Source: Podarcis erhardii
Lineage: Eukaryota
Direction: 5' to 3' (one strand)
DNA length: 64,000 nucleotides
NCBI GenBank assembly: GCA_964252035.1
Contig: OZ176209.1
The notes beneath the pieces were generated by a model. The model had not been told where the DNA came from, ran no database searches, and was given only the letters and a program-made list of their open reading frames with translations. Numbering within the stretch: position 1 is the stretch's first letter; the number at the start of each line of letters is the position of its first letter. This document shows, in pieces, positions 37,421 through 49,230 of this stretch. The position numbers and the translations under genes are program-made.

Positions 37421-38962
37421 ACATTCAATTGTTGCGCCTATATCCAAGGTTTAAGGTGCCAGCTCCTAGCTTTCATATCTCAGTTTCTAACACTGCGTGC
37501 ACCAGAGTAAACATTTCCCTTGATGCACACGAGGGGGGAGATGTCGAGAGCTAGCATTATATCAAAACCAGGGACGCTTTTTTATTATTAGGGGAAATGT
37601 GCTGCGACTATGGTGGGATTGCCTTTGAAGACACTCAGAAGCTTCAACTGGTTCAAAATGTAGCAGCCAGACCTTTGTCCTGTGAGAGGTGTTCTATTAC
37701 TCTCTGTACCTAGCTAGATCCATTGCTATTTCTATGCCCAGCCTTTACCACCCTGCAGAGTCTGGAAATAGTATACGTTAGGGAAGCTCCTACTGCCAGA
37801 ATTGGTGTGAAATTTTAAAAACAACAATAATAAAAAGAATAGATAACGGAGGGGCTGAAAACATTGCCGAATGTCACTGTCCCCCACAAGCACTCAGTTG
37901 GGCGCCATCCTTTTTTCCCCTTGGCCCCCTTCCCCTGCAAATTTTGAAGCCAAAATTTTTCAAAGGAGAACTTTCAGCCCAGTCATAGAAACTCGCTTCC
38001 TTTTTCTAAACCAGAGCTTAAAATTAAGGAGCCACATTAATCCTTGAGGAGGTTAGGTTCTCCGAGGTTTCTTTGGCAGAGGTTATTCCTCTGATCTCAC
38101 GAGAGTCCTGCATTAAAATAGCTGCACTGGTTGCCAATTCTTTCCCACACTGAATTCAAGGTGCTCTTGGTTAGTGTTTAAAGCCCTAAATGACTCAGGC
38201 CCCCCAAAGCTGAAAGACACCCCCCTCTTTCCCTGGAGATTAGACTAGATGACGCACAGGACCCCTTCCAATTCTACAACTCTATGAGTCTATGACCCTC
38301 TAGGGTGTTAAGATCAGCACTGGCCCTCTTTGTTGCTCCACCGCACTCATAAACTCTGGGTGGCAGCAGCCTGGAAGAGGGCATTCTCTTGGGCAGCCCC
38401 TAAGTTGTGGAACTTCCCCCACTTAATTACAAACAAACAAACAAATGACATCTTCATTATACAGCTTTCAACAAATGCTGAAGATGTACCTCTTTACCCT
38501 GGCTTTTGATACTTGAAATGTATTTATTTTTTAGGATCCCCTCTCCCTCCATATCTGTGACTGTAAATTGTTTTGAAATGTTTTCAGAGTGGTGCTTTAA
38601 TGGTTGTAACCCACCCTGGGACATTAGGGTGAAGGATGAGATCTTTATCATCATCACCATCAGATCTATTTTTCCAGAAGAAGAGGTGCCGGAACTCACC
38701 ATGAACTCCTCTATTATTATTATTATTAATAATAATTTTATTATTCATACCCCGCCCATCTGGCTGGGTTTCCCCAGCCCCAACAGAGGACTAAAAACAG
38801 AATAAAACTTCAAAGATTAAAAAAAAACTTCCCTTCTCTTATAATGGCAATAGCGCCCACCTGAGAGGTGCCAGAACTAAGTTCTAGTGGGGAAAAAAAA
38901 GTCTTGATAATCATCATCACCACCTGTGCTCCTCTCTGAAAAGTAAAAGGAAGAGAACTTAC

Positions 38963-39137
38963 CTATTGTGTTGACTCTGGCCGAAGGACTGGCTAACGTT
39001 GCTGGTATAGATTTGAGTGAGCTGCTCCCACTGTTTATTCTCAAGGGCGGCATGTGAGGAGAGGTGGGTGATGTGGGAGACTTGCTGTCTGCTGTCTTGG
39101 GTTTTGCCGAGAGGTTCAATGGCTGGGCCACGTCGTC
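38963..39137 (-). CDS. SOX5: SOX5 coding exon (about exon 10): [58 protein letters not shown](G/D)
   Basis: SOX5-like peptide with the PLNLS motif. Acceptor ...cccattttag (39138-39140), donor G|gtaagt (38961-38962), 175 nt, phase 0-1. Confidence 0.96.
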
Positions 39138-39329
39138 CTAAAATGGGCATAAGAAAACCAAGCAGGTGAGACAGGCCATACTGCTGCAACATATAATAAT
39201 TAAGACTCCAGGCAAACCTCCCTGGGGAGAGAATTACACAAATGGGAAGCCACAGCAGAAAAGTCCTGTTCTCATGTTGCCGCCCTCTGGACCTCTTGTA
39301 GGGGAGGCACATCAAGAAGGGAACATCAG

Positions 39330-40070
39330 ATGATGTTCACAGGGTTGCGGTCGGTTCCTTATGTGGAACAGTTGAAGGAGCTGGCTATGTTTGGCCTGGA
39401 AAAGAGGAGACTGAGAGGAGATATTATAGACATCTTCAAATATCTCAAGGGTTGTCACATAGAAGATGGAGCAAGCTTATTTTCTCCTGCTATGGAGGGT
39501 AGGACTCAAACCAAAGGAGACTCCAACTAAACATCACAAAGGACTGATAGCAAAAACAGTCAGAAAGCTGTTCGACAGTGGAATAGACTCCCTGCCTTGG
39601 AGGTTTTTAAGCCAAGGTTGGATGGTTATCTGTCATTGATGCTTTAGCTGAGAGTCCTGCACTGCATGCCAAGCTCCTTCAAGTGCTCCTCATAAGGCTT
39701 GGTTTCCAGACTCCGGGTCATCTTGGTGGACCTCCTTTGCACATGTTCCACTTGTCAACATCCTTCTTAAATTGTGGTGCCCAGAATTGGACACAGTATT
39801 CCAAGTGTGGCCTGACCAAGGCAGAACAGAGTGGGACTATTTTACATCCCTTGATATGGGCACCACACTTCTGTTGATGCAGCCTGGAATACCATTCCCC
39901 TTTTTTGCTGCTGCATCACACTGTTAACTCATGTTAAGCTTGTAGTCCACTAAGACTCTTAGTTCCCCGCCTTATATTTTTGCATCTGGTTCTTCCTGCC
40001 TAAGTGCAGAACCTTACAATTGTCCCTATTGAACTTCATTTTATTAGCATGGGACCAGTTCTCCAATCTC
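39330..40070. mobile_element. Two convergent CR1 fragments (39330-39667 plus; 39668-40070 minus)
   Basis: Plus: EQLKELAMFGLEKRRLRGD. Minus: complement of ..[23 protein letters not shown]. Confidence 0.85.
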
Positions 40071-40617
40071 TTAGATCAGACGATGTTATTTATACCCCCC
40101 CCCCTTTAAAAATAAATAATACAAACATTGCTGTGACGAAAACAAAATGTGATCATGAATGACGACGGTTCCGGATTGCTAACCAAATATGCCATTCTTT
40201 GTAGAAAGCAAAGAACACCCCCTGAACACACAAATTATAATAATTTGTACATTAAGCGGAAAGATTGCCAGCAAGGCCTCTTAAGCAAACATTTCTTTGC
40301 TGCTAGAGTAGATTTGGCCGCGCTTAGAAATGTAATTGAGATTTTGGCCTTGCCCACTGTTACCATCTTATTGCACACTCTGTCACTTTTGTGAAGTTGG
40401 TGAGGCTCAAGGCACACCAGAAACTTGAGTCAGGGATCTGGGCGGCACATCCGGCAGAATGACGTGGCAAAGTTCTAAGGAAGCAGCCTGGACTATGCCA
40501 TTTCAGACGACAGATAGGAAAAGCCACAACTCTGAAGAACCCCCCCCCCCCCGCAAATAGAAAAATAGCTCCACAGGGAATGCTTGGGGCTACAGCCTTT
40601 GTGACTAATGCGCAATA

Positions 40618-40840
40618 CAGTGGTACCTCTGGTTACAAACTTAATTCGTTCCGGAGGTCCATTCTTAACCTGAAACCATTCTTAACCTGAGGTACTACTT
40701 TAGCAAATGAGGCCTCCTGCTGCCGCCACACGATTTCTGTTCGCATCCTGAGGTAAAGTTCTTAACCCGAGGTACCGAGGTACTACTTCCAGGTTAGCGG
40801 AGTCTGTAGGCCAAAGTGTTTGTAACCCAAGGTACCACTG
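40618..40840. mobile_element. Tigger/pogo-like MITE, TA TSD
   Basis: TA-CAGTGGTACCTC...AGGTACCACTG-TA. Confidence 0.9.
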
Positions 40841-42897
40841 TATATTAGCTTTAGGATTTTGAGGTGGGTGGGTAGGTGGGTGGAGCAATAAAAATGAGCA
40901 CCCCTTGCCCTCGATTTAAGGGTCACCGTCCACTTGGCCACCTAAGGGTTCTACCACCTCGTGGTGGGGTCTGAAACACCACTGTGAGGAATGAAAACCA
41001 GAGCAACGAACCCAGATCTCATTGAAATTTGAGGGTTTCGAAGCAAGGCAGTCTGTCCATCTCCACTGCCAACGTGGCTAAAAAGAGCTTGCAAAGCGGT
41101 GGTGATTGGTGGGGCTACGGACTACATTGCTGCAAGTGGAAAGTGCAACTTAAGAGGACTTTGCATTGTGCACCATCTGACTGGGTGGGGGCTGGGGGCA
41201 GCAAAGCTGGAATGACCTGGCAGAAGCAGAGGAGAGGCTGCTCTGCTAAAGAGGCTTTTCCTGACCTCTGGGAACACATCCATTGCGTATTGCAGCCTAT
41301 TTAAATGACCTTGATAGCAAGAAATTACAGCCAAAGCGTGAGAGATGCAAGGAGCCACAGAGGGAGGTTTTTTTAAAACAACAACAACAACAACAAAAGA
41401 AGAAGAAGAAATAATAATAATAATAATGCACCCTTACTGCTTTGGAAACAAAGCCCCAGACCTACTCCCTCCCCATCTCCAAGCCAGTTTTCCCCCTCCC
41501 TTTATTTTCTTTCCCCTTTCATAGAGATCTTCATTTCATCATAAATGCACAATACGGTGAATTTCCTGGCACATCTGGGCCCATAGACAATCGTGCCATT
41601 GTCGTTTACTGAACAATACCGCCAGTCACTGGCTTATCTACTGAGTCGCTAGCTTATCCCAAAAACGTCTGACCAGTAAATATATCCATAATGGACGTCC
41701 AGCGGTAACTGGCACACACAAAAGTCAGACCTTCCCCATCACTGCCTCCAGAGACGGCAGTTGTACAGACACAGAGAGAGAGAGACAAAGAGAGAGACAG
41801 ACAGACAGGGATTGACAGTTCTCTTCCTCCTGTTCCCTTCCTCTTATCCCATAAGCAGTTCTGAAACTACCAGCCGTGGTTATAGAAGTGGAGAGGTAAA
41901 GGCAGTTGTGAAATACGTTGTGTAAATGAATTATGCTGCTGATATTATCCTCCCTGATGAAATAATTGTATTAAATTAAGCAGGGATGCTCACATGACAG
42001 GATGGCGGAATTAGATAATTCTCCTCCGCAACACCAGCACACACACACACACACACACACACGTGTGCACAGACACACTGGTACTTCCTCCCTGCTCCCC
42101 CCACCCCAGCCTGCCTTTCTCAAATTCTGATTAAGAATAATGCTTCTCTTTCTCTCAAGGAGGGAATTTATGCATCTGCAGAGACACATAGAAATGCAAG
42201 AAAGTGGGGGGGGGGACACACAGGGGATGGACAGACACCAAAGTCGTAAATTTTAGCTAAGACAGTGAAAAATGTGAGTGATCTCCCCCCTGCTTCCTCC
42301 TACCCACCCAAAAACCCGGGAACAGAATCATCCTGAAACTACTATTGTTCCTGTAACTTGTTGCTGGGCAAAACACTTTTCTGATGCTGGTCGTCCACCA
42401 GGCCACTCAGTGAAGAATACTTTTTCCAGCTCCCACGTGGCAGCTGAGAATTAAAACATAAAAGATGACTTGCTGGATCAGGGGAACCAGATGCTTCTGG
42501 AAAGGTTTGCAAGCGAAGTAGAACGGCACTCGTATACAGCAACCAGAGGTATTCTGAACCTGAACATAGAAGCTGCAACCCACTGTCATGGCTAAAATAG
42601 CCAGTGACCCTCTGTGTGTTTGTCCGCTCCTTTTGAAAAGCAACCTAAGCCAGTGACAATCAGCATACAATTGTGGCAGAGGGGACTCTTCCCCACTGTT
42701 CATGCTGAGTGGAAGTGTACTAGTTAAGCGTGCCAGACTAGGACTGGGGTGACCATGAAACTTACTGGGTGACCTTGGACTAGTCACAACCGCTCATTCC
42801 TGCATTGCAGGGCCCTGGAGTAGATGACCCCTGGGGTCCCTTCCAGCTCTACAACTCTATGAACCTGCTTCACCAAACTATTGTGAGGATAAAACTG

Positions 42898-42980
42898 GGA
42901 GGAGGAGGAGGAGGAGGAGGAGGAGGAGGAGGAGGAGGAGAAGAAGAAGAAGAAGAAGAAGAAGAGGAAGAGGAGGAGGA
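42898..42980. repeat. (GGA)n(GAA)n polypurine tract
   Basis: Seen directly. Confidence 0.97.
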
Positions 42981-42984
42981 GTTT

Positions 42985-43196
42985 GGATTTGATATCCCGC
43001 TTTATCACTACCCAAAGGAGTCTCAAAGTGGCTAACATTCTTCTTTCCCTTCCTCCCCCACAACAAACTCTGAGAGACTTCAGAGATGTGTGACTAGCCC
43101 AAGGTCACCCAGCAGCTGCATGTGGAGGAGCGGGGAAGCGAACCCGGTTCACCAGATTACGAGTCCACCGCTCTTAACCACTACACCACACTGACT
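42985..43196 (-). mobile_element. CORE-type squamate SINE (young, Squam3-like)
   Basis: gatttgatatcccgctt..cccaaggtcacccagcagctgc..gaacccggttc..ctcttaaccactacaccacactg. Confidence 0.75.
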
Positions 43197-43419
43197 CTCA
43201 CAGTCGCGAGTCCCTTAGATGAAAAGCATCTTATAAATGTAAAAAAATAAAATGAAGTTTACCATATTGTTTGGTTTGGCCTGGAGCAGGTGTTCAAATG
43301 GTACATCGCAAACCGATCTACTACCTGGCAAAGTTTCTTTCAGTCCTGAGGAACACCAAAGCTTGCACACCATTTTATGACAGCCTGGTTGGCCTTAATA
43401 AAGGTACAGATTTCCATTA

Positions 43420-43650
43420 CAGTGGTACCTCTGGTTGCGAACGGGGCTCTCACAACATGAGCAGGACGCAATCCGCGTCTGCGTGGGTCACGATTCGCCG
43501 CTTCTGCGCATGTGTGTGGCGTCATTTTGAGTGTCTGCACGTGCGCGAGCGGCGAAACCCAGAAGTAACCTGTTCCGTTACTTCTGGGTCACTGTGGGAC
43601 ATATCCTGAAAGAACGTAACCTGAACCGAACATAACAAGAGGTATGACTG
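43420..43650. mobile_element. Tigger/pogo-like MITE, TA TSD
   Basis: TA-CAGTGGTACCTC...GAGGTATGACTG-TA. Confidence 0.88.
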
Positions 43651-44576
43651 TATTTTTCACCAGCATGCCCATCTTTACTCTTTAAATATACCCCCAAGCC
43701 ACCCTGACTGCATTTCTCGGTGCTTTTGCTTCTCACTTATTTAGCGTCCTCGCCTTTCCATTCCGCAATTTCCACAACTTTACTTTGCACAGCACTGGAG
43801 AATGGGAGTTCCTGGGCGTATTGAGCTGTTTGCCATTATGCCAGCTCTGGAGATATGACTTAATCATCCTGCTTTTTGCACAGAGTTCACCCCCCTCCCT
43901 TTTTATAGTCTGCAGCTGGCTGTCGGACAAACAACAAATGCTACTTTTAATTCTCTGTTTCAGGTCACCTCCCGCTTCCCTGCTCCCCTCCTTCCTCATC
44001 CTCTTTTGTCTTCTTTACCATGATGCCTTGCTGCTTCAATGAAAATATGGCATCCGGTTACAATGACCTGCTTGCCTGCCCAAAAACCCTCGGCTTTTAT
44101 GCCTGTCTATTCCATATGCTGTTTTGCTGAGATAGCGAGCCGGTGTGCTGTTTCCCCAATGCATCTGGCACTGTGGTTTGTCTGTGTTTTGCACACAATT
44201 CATCAAGAGGAGGGGAAGAGGGATGGCAGAACAAAATCTTCCAGTGCATTTCCTCAGCACGGCAGCCGAGCAATCTCGAAACCCGGAAAGGCGGAGCCCT
44301 CCCTGCACTTACACACACAGGGGTAACAGTGACCCACCATGACCCTGAGTTATGCCACCTGTTCCACTGTTCCGTATTAGCATTTAGCATTTTTTTACTT
44401 AGCAAGATTTATATACTCCTTAATTGAGCAAATATATGGGTGTAGAATATTTATTTAAAACAGCAATAAAAACAAACCATGAGAATACAGTAGAAATAAA
44501 ACCAACACCTGTTCAAAAAAACACAAGATGAATATAATAAAATTAAATATCTGTGTAGGCTTGCCTAAACAAAATA

Positions 44577-44801
44577 CACTGGTACCTCGGATTACATACG
44601 CTTCAGGTTACAGACTCCGCTAACCCAGAAATATTTCCTCGGCTTAAGAACTTTGCTTCAGGATGAGAACAGAAATCGTGCTCCGGCAGCACGGCAGCAG
44701 CAGGAGGCCCCATTAGCTAAAGTGGTGCTTCAGGTTAAGAACAGTTTCAGGTTAAGAACGGACCTCCAGAACGAATGAAGTACTTAACCCGAGTACCACT
44801 G
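44577..44801. mobile_element. Tigger/pogo-like MITE, TA TSD
   Basis: TA-CACTGGTACCTC...GAGTACCACTG-TA; followed by a CR1 tail (minus) at about 44808-44870. Confidence 0.88.
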
Positions 44802-46256
44802 TACTTATAGACTTGTAGAATTGGAAGGGACCCTGAGGGTCATCTAGTCCAACCCCCTCCAATGCAGGAATGTCAACACGCGGTCCCTCATCCAATTTCA
44901 AACCATACCAGACCCTGCTTAGCTTTGCAAATGTGCTAGCCGTTTTATTGCTGCAACGCTCAGAGGACCTTTGGAAAGCATTCCCACTAAGCTAAACACA
45001 GTCTACCAGGGACTAGGTAAGCTTCCTGTTTTTGGTATCCATTGAGAAATAAATCCCTGGCAGGATATAGTACATAGCAACAGTGGCCGGAGTGATGGGG
45101 CAGTGGCAGAGTCAGTGCAGCGCAAACGCACCGGCAGAGCCAATCTGCTGTTCTAGTCCCTGCATACGCACCAGGCTGACCTCGCTGCTGCCTCTCCTCT
45201 CCTCTTCACCCCTCTCTCTCCAATAAGCAGCAGTGACTCACCTGTCAAGCCAGGTAAATGCCACCCCCCGCATCGCACATGATGGAGGGCTAGCAAGCAT
45301 GGGGGGTTCATGCATTTGGCAAGTGTTTCGAGGTACCAAAAATACCTCCCAATGGGAAGTTCTTTTCAGTCTCAGTGGAAAAATTTAAAACATGTATGAA
45401 GCTTTGGCTCTATGGTAGGCCAAAGAGACCATCAACTCCTCTCCTTTTGCAAACTGGCCACCACTGCTTTTGTGGTTTATTATATGGCTCCTCCAGATAA
45501 CTGGCAACCCCTAATAACTAGAGCATTGTTCAGCTAGATTTCCCACACCACGGTTGTTTGGTTTCAATGCTAGCCCCCACTCCTAGTTCTCCATAAATAG
45601 GTTCAGGCTAGCTGCTAAACAGGAAATGAGTGTCTTAGCTACAGATCAGCAGGGATCAACACAGCATCTGCAAATCCCTCAGGGAGGCCAGGAGCCAATT
45701 TCTTACTTTGCCTCGAACAATACACAGTGTTTCATGAGAGGCAAGAGAAAGGCTGAGAAATCGTGTTGGAACTAGAGGGAGATTCCCCCTTCATCAAAAG
45801 CAGCAGTTCTTCTCAATATCCCTCCCTGTTGAATAGGCGGCATTTGGGATGAATAACAGTAATTGACAAAGCTCTTTATCAACACTCATTAAATTAACTC
45901 TCAGTGAAACATCCTTATCCCTACATTGCAAATAAAGGCGACCCCAGGTGTCTGGCTCACTGAGTGACTTTCTCCCTTGCCACAATGGAAATAAATTGCC
46001 ACGTCAGAGAACATGAGATACTATCGGGAGGGTCAGATGGAACAAGACAGGTGCAGCTAAAGAATATACAGAATGCAATGAACGCTGGGAAGATTTTCTC
46101 ATGGGTGTTTCAGCAAAGGGCTGGATAAGTTGGCCTCTAGAGGCTTTCTCCTCAATACACGTCTTTAGGAGGCAGTGGCCAAAGGCAGAGATCATATGAA
46201 TATAACAAATAAAGGCTTTGCTACTGGGTTTTAGAGTTAATCTAACCCTGACCAGG

Positions 46257-46503
46257 ATGCAGGTGGTGCTGTGGGTTAAACCACAGAGCCTAGGACTTGC
46301 CGATCAGAAGGTCGGCGGTTCGAATCCCCGCAACAGGGTGAGCTCCCATTGCTTGGTCCCTGCTCCTGCTAACCTAGCAGTTCGAAAGTACGTCGAAGTG
46401 CAAGTAGATAAATAGGTACCGCTCCGGCGGGAAGATGAGCACCACAACCCCAGAGTCGGCCACAACTGGACCTAATGGTCAGGAGTACCTTTACCTTTAC
46501 CTT
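46257..46503 (+). mobile_element. Sauria SINE lacking a 106-nt internal segment, 14-bp TSD (1 mismatch)
   Basis: TSD taaccctgaccagg (46243-46256) / taaccctcaccagg (46504-46517); junction gggaag|atgagc. Confidence 0.92.
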
Positions 46504-46779
46504 TAACCCTCACCAGGACCACACCTGTAATATACAGCAGAGCACTGAAGCTAATTTCCACAGTGGTTTATTTTCAACTGCCTTTTTAGGGTATTTCAAT
46601 AGGCATTACTTTATTATTTCATCCGAGATAACTCGACTTATGGTACCGCACCCTACACAGTGGTGGCCCCCAAACAGGGCATTTTCTGTTATAGCCCCTG
46701 ATGCCCCAACCTCTAACATACCAGGCCAAGTTCTAGCTGTTGCTATTAGTACATACAGCCCATAACAGCTTGGGGCCAA

Positions 46780-47400
46780 CTTGTCTGTGGGATCGCTTCA
46801 CCCAATATACGCCCACTCAACACCTTCAACCTGTGGAACTGACACTGTGGCAGATGTCACCTAATATTTCTCCTGCCTTACTGATATCAAGGAGGAACTT
46901 TCATGATATACTCTCTTTGTTGCCTGTTTAAAACATTTTTATTTAGGCAAACTCATCCAGGCATGTAGAAGTTACATGGCTCTTAAATTTTTCTTTTGAG
47001 CTACTGTTGATTCTAATAATCTTCTGAATATTTTAAATACCTGCCTTAAAATAAATAAATAGTGATTTCACAGTTTTGTTTTATATCTTCGTAAACTTCC
47101 TAGAAGTCTTCTTAGGCAGTATAGTAATTTTTGTTAAACAAATACGTGAACCACCAGCTGCTTCAGGCATCTTGTAAAGACTTATCTTTTTGCCTAGACT
47201 TTCCCTGATCCAGAAAATCAGAATCTTGTTTTATGCATTTGAATTCCAATAATTTCTGTTTCTATATGCTTTTACACAACGGCTTCATTGTTTTTATGCT
47301 GTATTTTTTTTAACGGTCTTGCTTTTCTGTTGCACACCACTTAAGAGACTTGTAAAATATTAAGCAGCTTATAAATACTTCCAGATAAAAAGGAACAAAT
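46780..47400 (+). mobile_element. Degenerate L2 3' remnants
   Basis: gggatcgcttcacccaatat.., gctgcttcaggcat..agactt..tgcctagactttcc, and an AT-rich tail. Confidence 0.45.
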
Positions 47401-47617
47401 AAATCATTCCTCCCAGAAGATGTAGTGATGCCTTCAAAAGAGATTTAGTCAGGTTCGTGATGTATAAAGCTATCAATGACTACTCCATGTGGAGGAGTGC
47501 TGTTGTATTCACATCCAGACAAAAGACTTCCTACAGACATCTAGTTGGCCACTGTGAGAACAGAATGCTGAACTATGGTGGGCTATTGGTCTAAGGCTGC
47601 AGGATTCTTTTTATATA

Positions 47618-47891
47618 CTGTATTTTTCCATGTATAAGACAATGTTTTTTTGCTTTTAAAAAATAGTCAAAAATTGGGGGATGTCTTGTACATGGATGGT
47701 GAATGCACATGGTTTTGGACACTGGCTCTGGCGGCCTGGGCTTGGGTTCAGGCTCTTGAAATATGGCAACCCTAACTTTGGGTGACCTCTGCCCAAAGTT
47801 TGATGTTTAAAATATGGGTTTCTTAATTTTGGGTTCAAAAAAACAGGGGTCGTCTTATATATGGGGGCATCTTATACATGGAAAAATGCGA
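47618..47891. mobile_element. Tc1/mariner-superfamily (pogo/Tigger-like) MITE, TA TSD
   Basis: TIRs ctgtatttttccatgtataaga / tcttatacatggaaaaatgcga flanked by TA. Confidence 0.8.
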
Positions 47892-48014
47892 TATTTAAAG
47901 GAAAGAGTGCCCCATTAATACGGGGATACTTCCTGAAATAATAGCTTATTTTCCAGTTAGTACTGAGCTGGGAAAGGGCTAGAGTGCACAAAGAATAAGA
48001 AACAAATGTCCTCG

Positions 48015-48197
48015 AAATAGGAAGTAGCCTTCTGCTGACTCAGCCCATTGGTCCACCTGGCTCAATACTGTGTCTACACTGATTGGCTCTGGCTTTCCTG
48101 GATTTCAACAAGAGTCTCTCCCAGCCCTACCCTGGAGATGCCAGGGGTTTAACTTTGGACCTTCTGCTTTCAGGGCAGTTCCTCTGCCACTGAGCCC
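48015..48197 (-). mobile_element. tRNA-Ala-derived SINE
   Basis: Antisense of tRNA-Ala 3' end (ctggagatgccagggg) plus family body. Confidence 0.75.
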
Positions 48198-48583
48198 TTC
48201 ACAATGCTAGGCATGAGAACTCGGGAGGGGTGGGGGAACGAGCAAGGGCCCCAAATGATGCTCAATGGCACACTATTAAATGAAACAGAATCAAGGAAAC
48301 AGAAGCCATGCTGATCAAAGTCTACCACCTCTCTCCGCTGCAGATGACGCCTACGCTGAAAGCATCCCACCAAAACACATTGATATGAAAACAAATTAGG
48401 CACAGACCCCTTGTCCTGCTGTGGCCGTATGAAAGAGAGGAAATAAAATAAAATAAAATAAAATAAAGGGAGGGGGGAACCTGCAACTGAGTCAAAAGAG
48501 CTTTAAAGAAACAAAAAATCAAACAACTTGGACACCCCACAGAGGAGAGATTCCTCTTCAAAACCCACCTGGATTTCTTCTGA

Positions 48584-48631
<48 letters not shown>

Positions 48632-48829
48632 CCTACATAAACTTACGTACCAATGCACATATGCCCTGCAGAACATACATAGCTGAAGGCATTTGTGGGT
48701 CTTGGATGAAACAAGTCCGCTTTTTATTCGTTCCCCACCCACTCTAGTTAAAACCGACTATGTCAGTCTCATCCTAGGCTCCTTTGCTCAGAAGTTAACT
48801 CCTGCTGAATTCAGCGGGTCTCAGTGGGG

Positions 48830-49230
48830 TGTTAGGGAACGGGTGGTACCTCTGGTGGGGGGCATCCCACCTGTGGCCCCTAGAAGCCATTGGCATGTGA
48901 AAGGCGCCACACCCAGGAAACAGCTTTGACTGGCCAGGTGAGGATAGCTGATGGGTCTCAAACCCTCGGTGAGCCAGTGGTGTTCCCTGCAAGTAAAGAC
49001 AGGCTTTTGTGGGTTGAGTGGATGAGACCAACTGTGGGTCCAATGGTCAAGGTGGTCAGATGGGGCTCCTCAACCTGGAGAGGTAGCCCATCTAGTAGAA
49101 GAAAAACCTCCACTGCCTTGCAGCTATTTGTGAGAGAAAGGCTTCGGGAGTAAACCCCGAGGAAGAATCTGTACCTGCTGCCTTGTGGGACATCTTCAGA
49201 AGAAAAGGCTCAGGAGTGAACCCTTAAAAT
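48830..49230 (+). mobile_element. Orphan 5'UTR of an RTE-clade LINE
   Basis: gggtctcaaaccctcggtgag, ggtagcccatctagtagaagaaaaacctccactgcc and gtaaaccccgagg resemble recalled squamate RTE 5'UTRs; no ORF follows. Confidence 0.65.
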
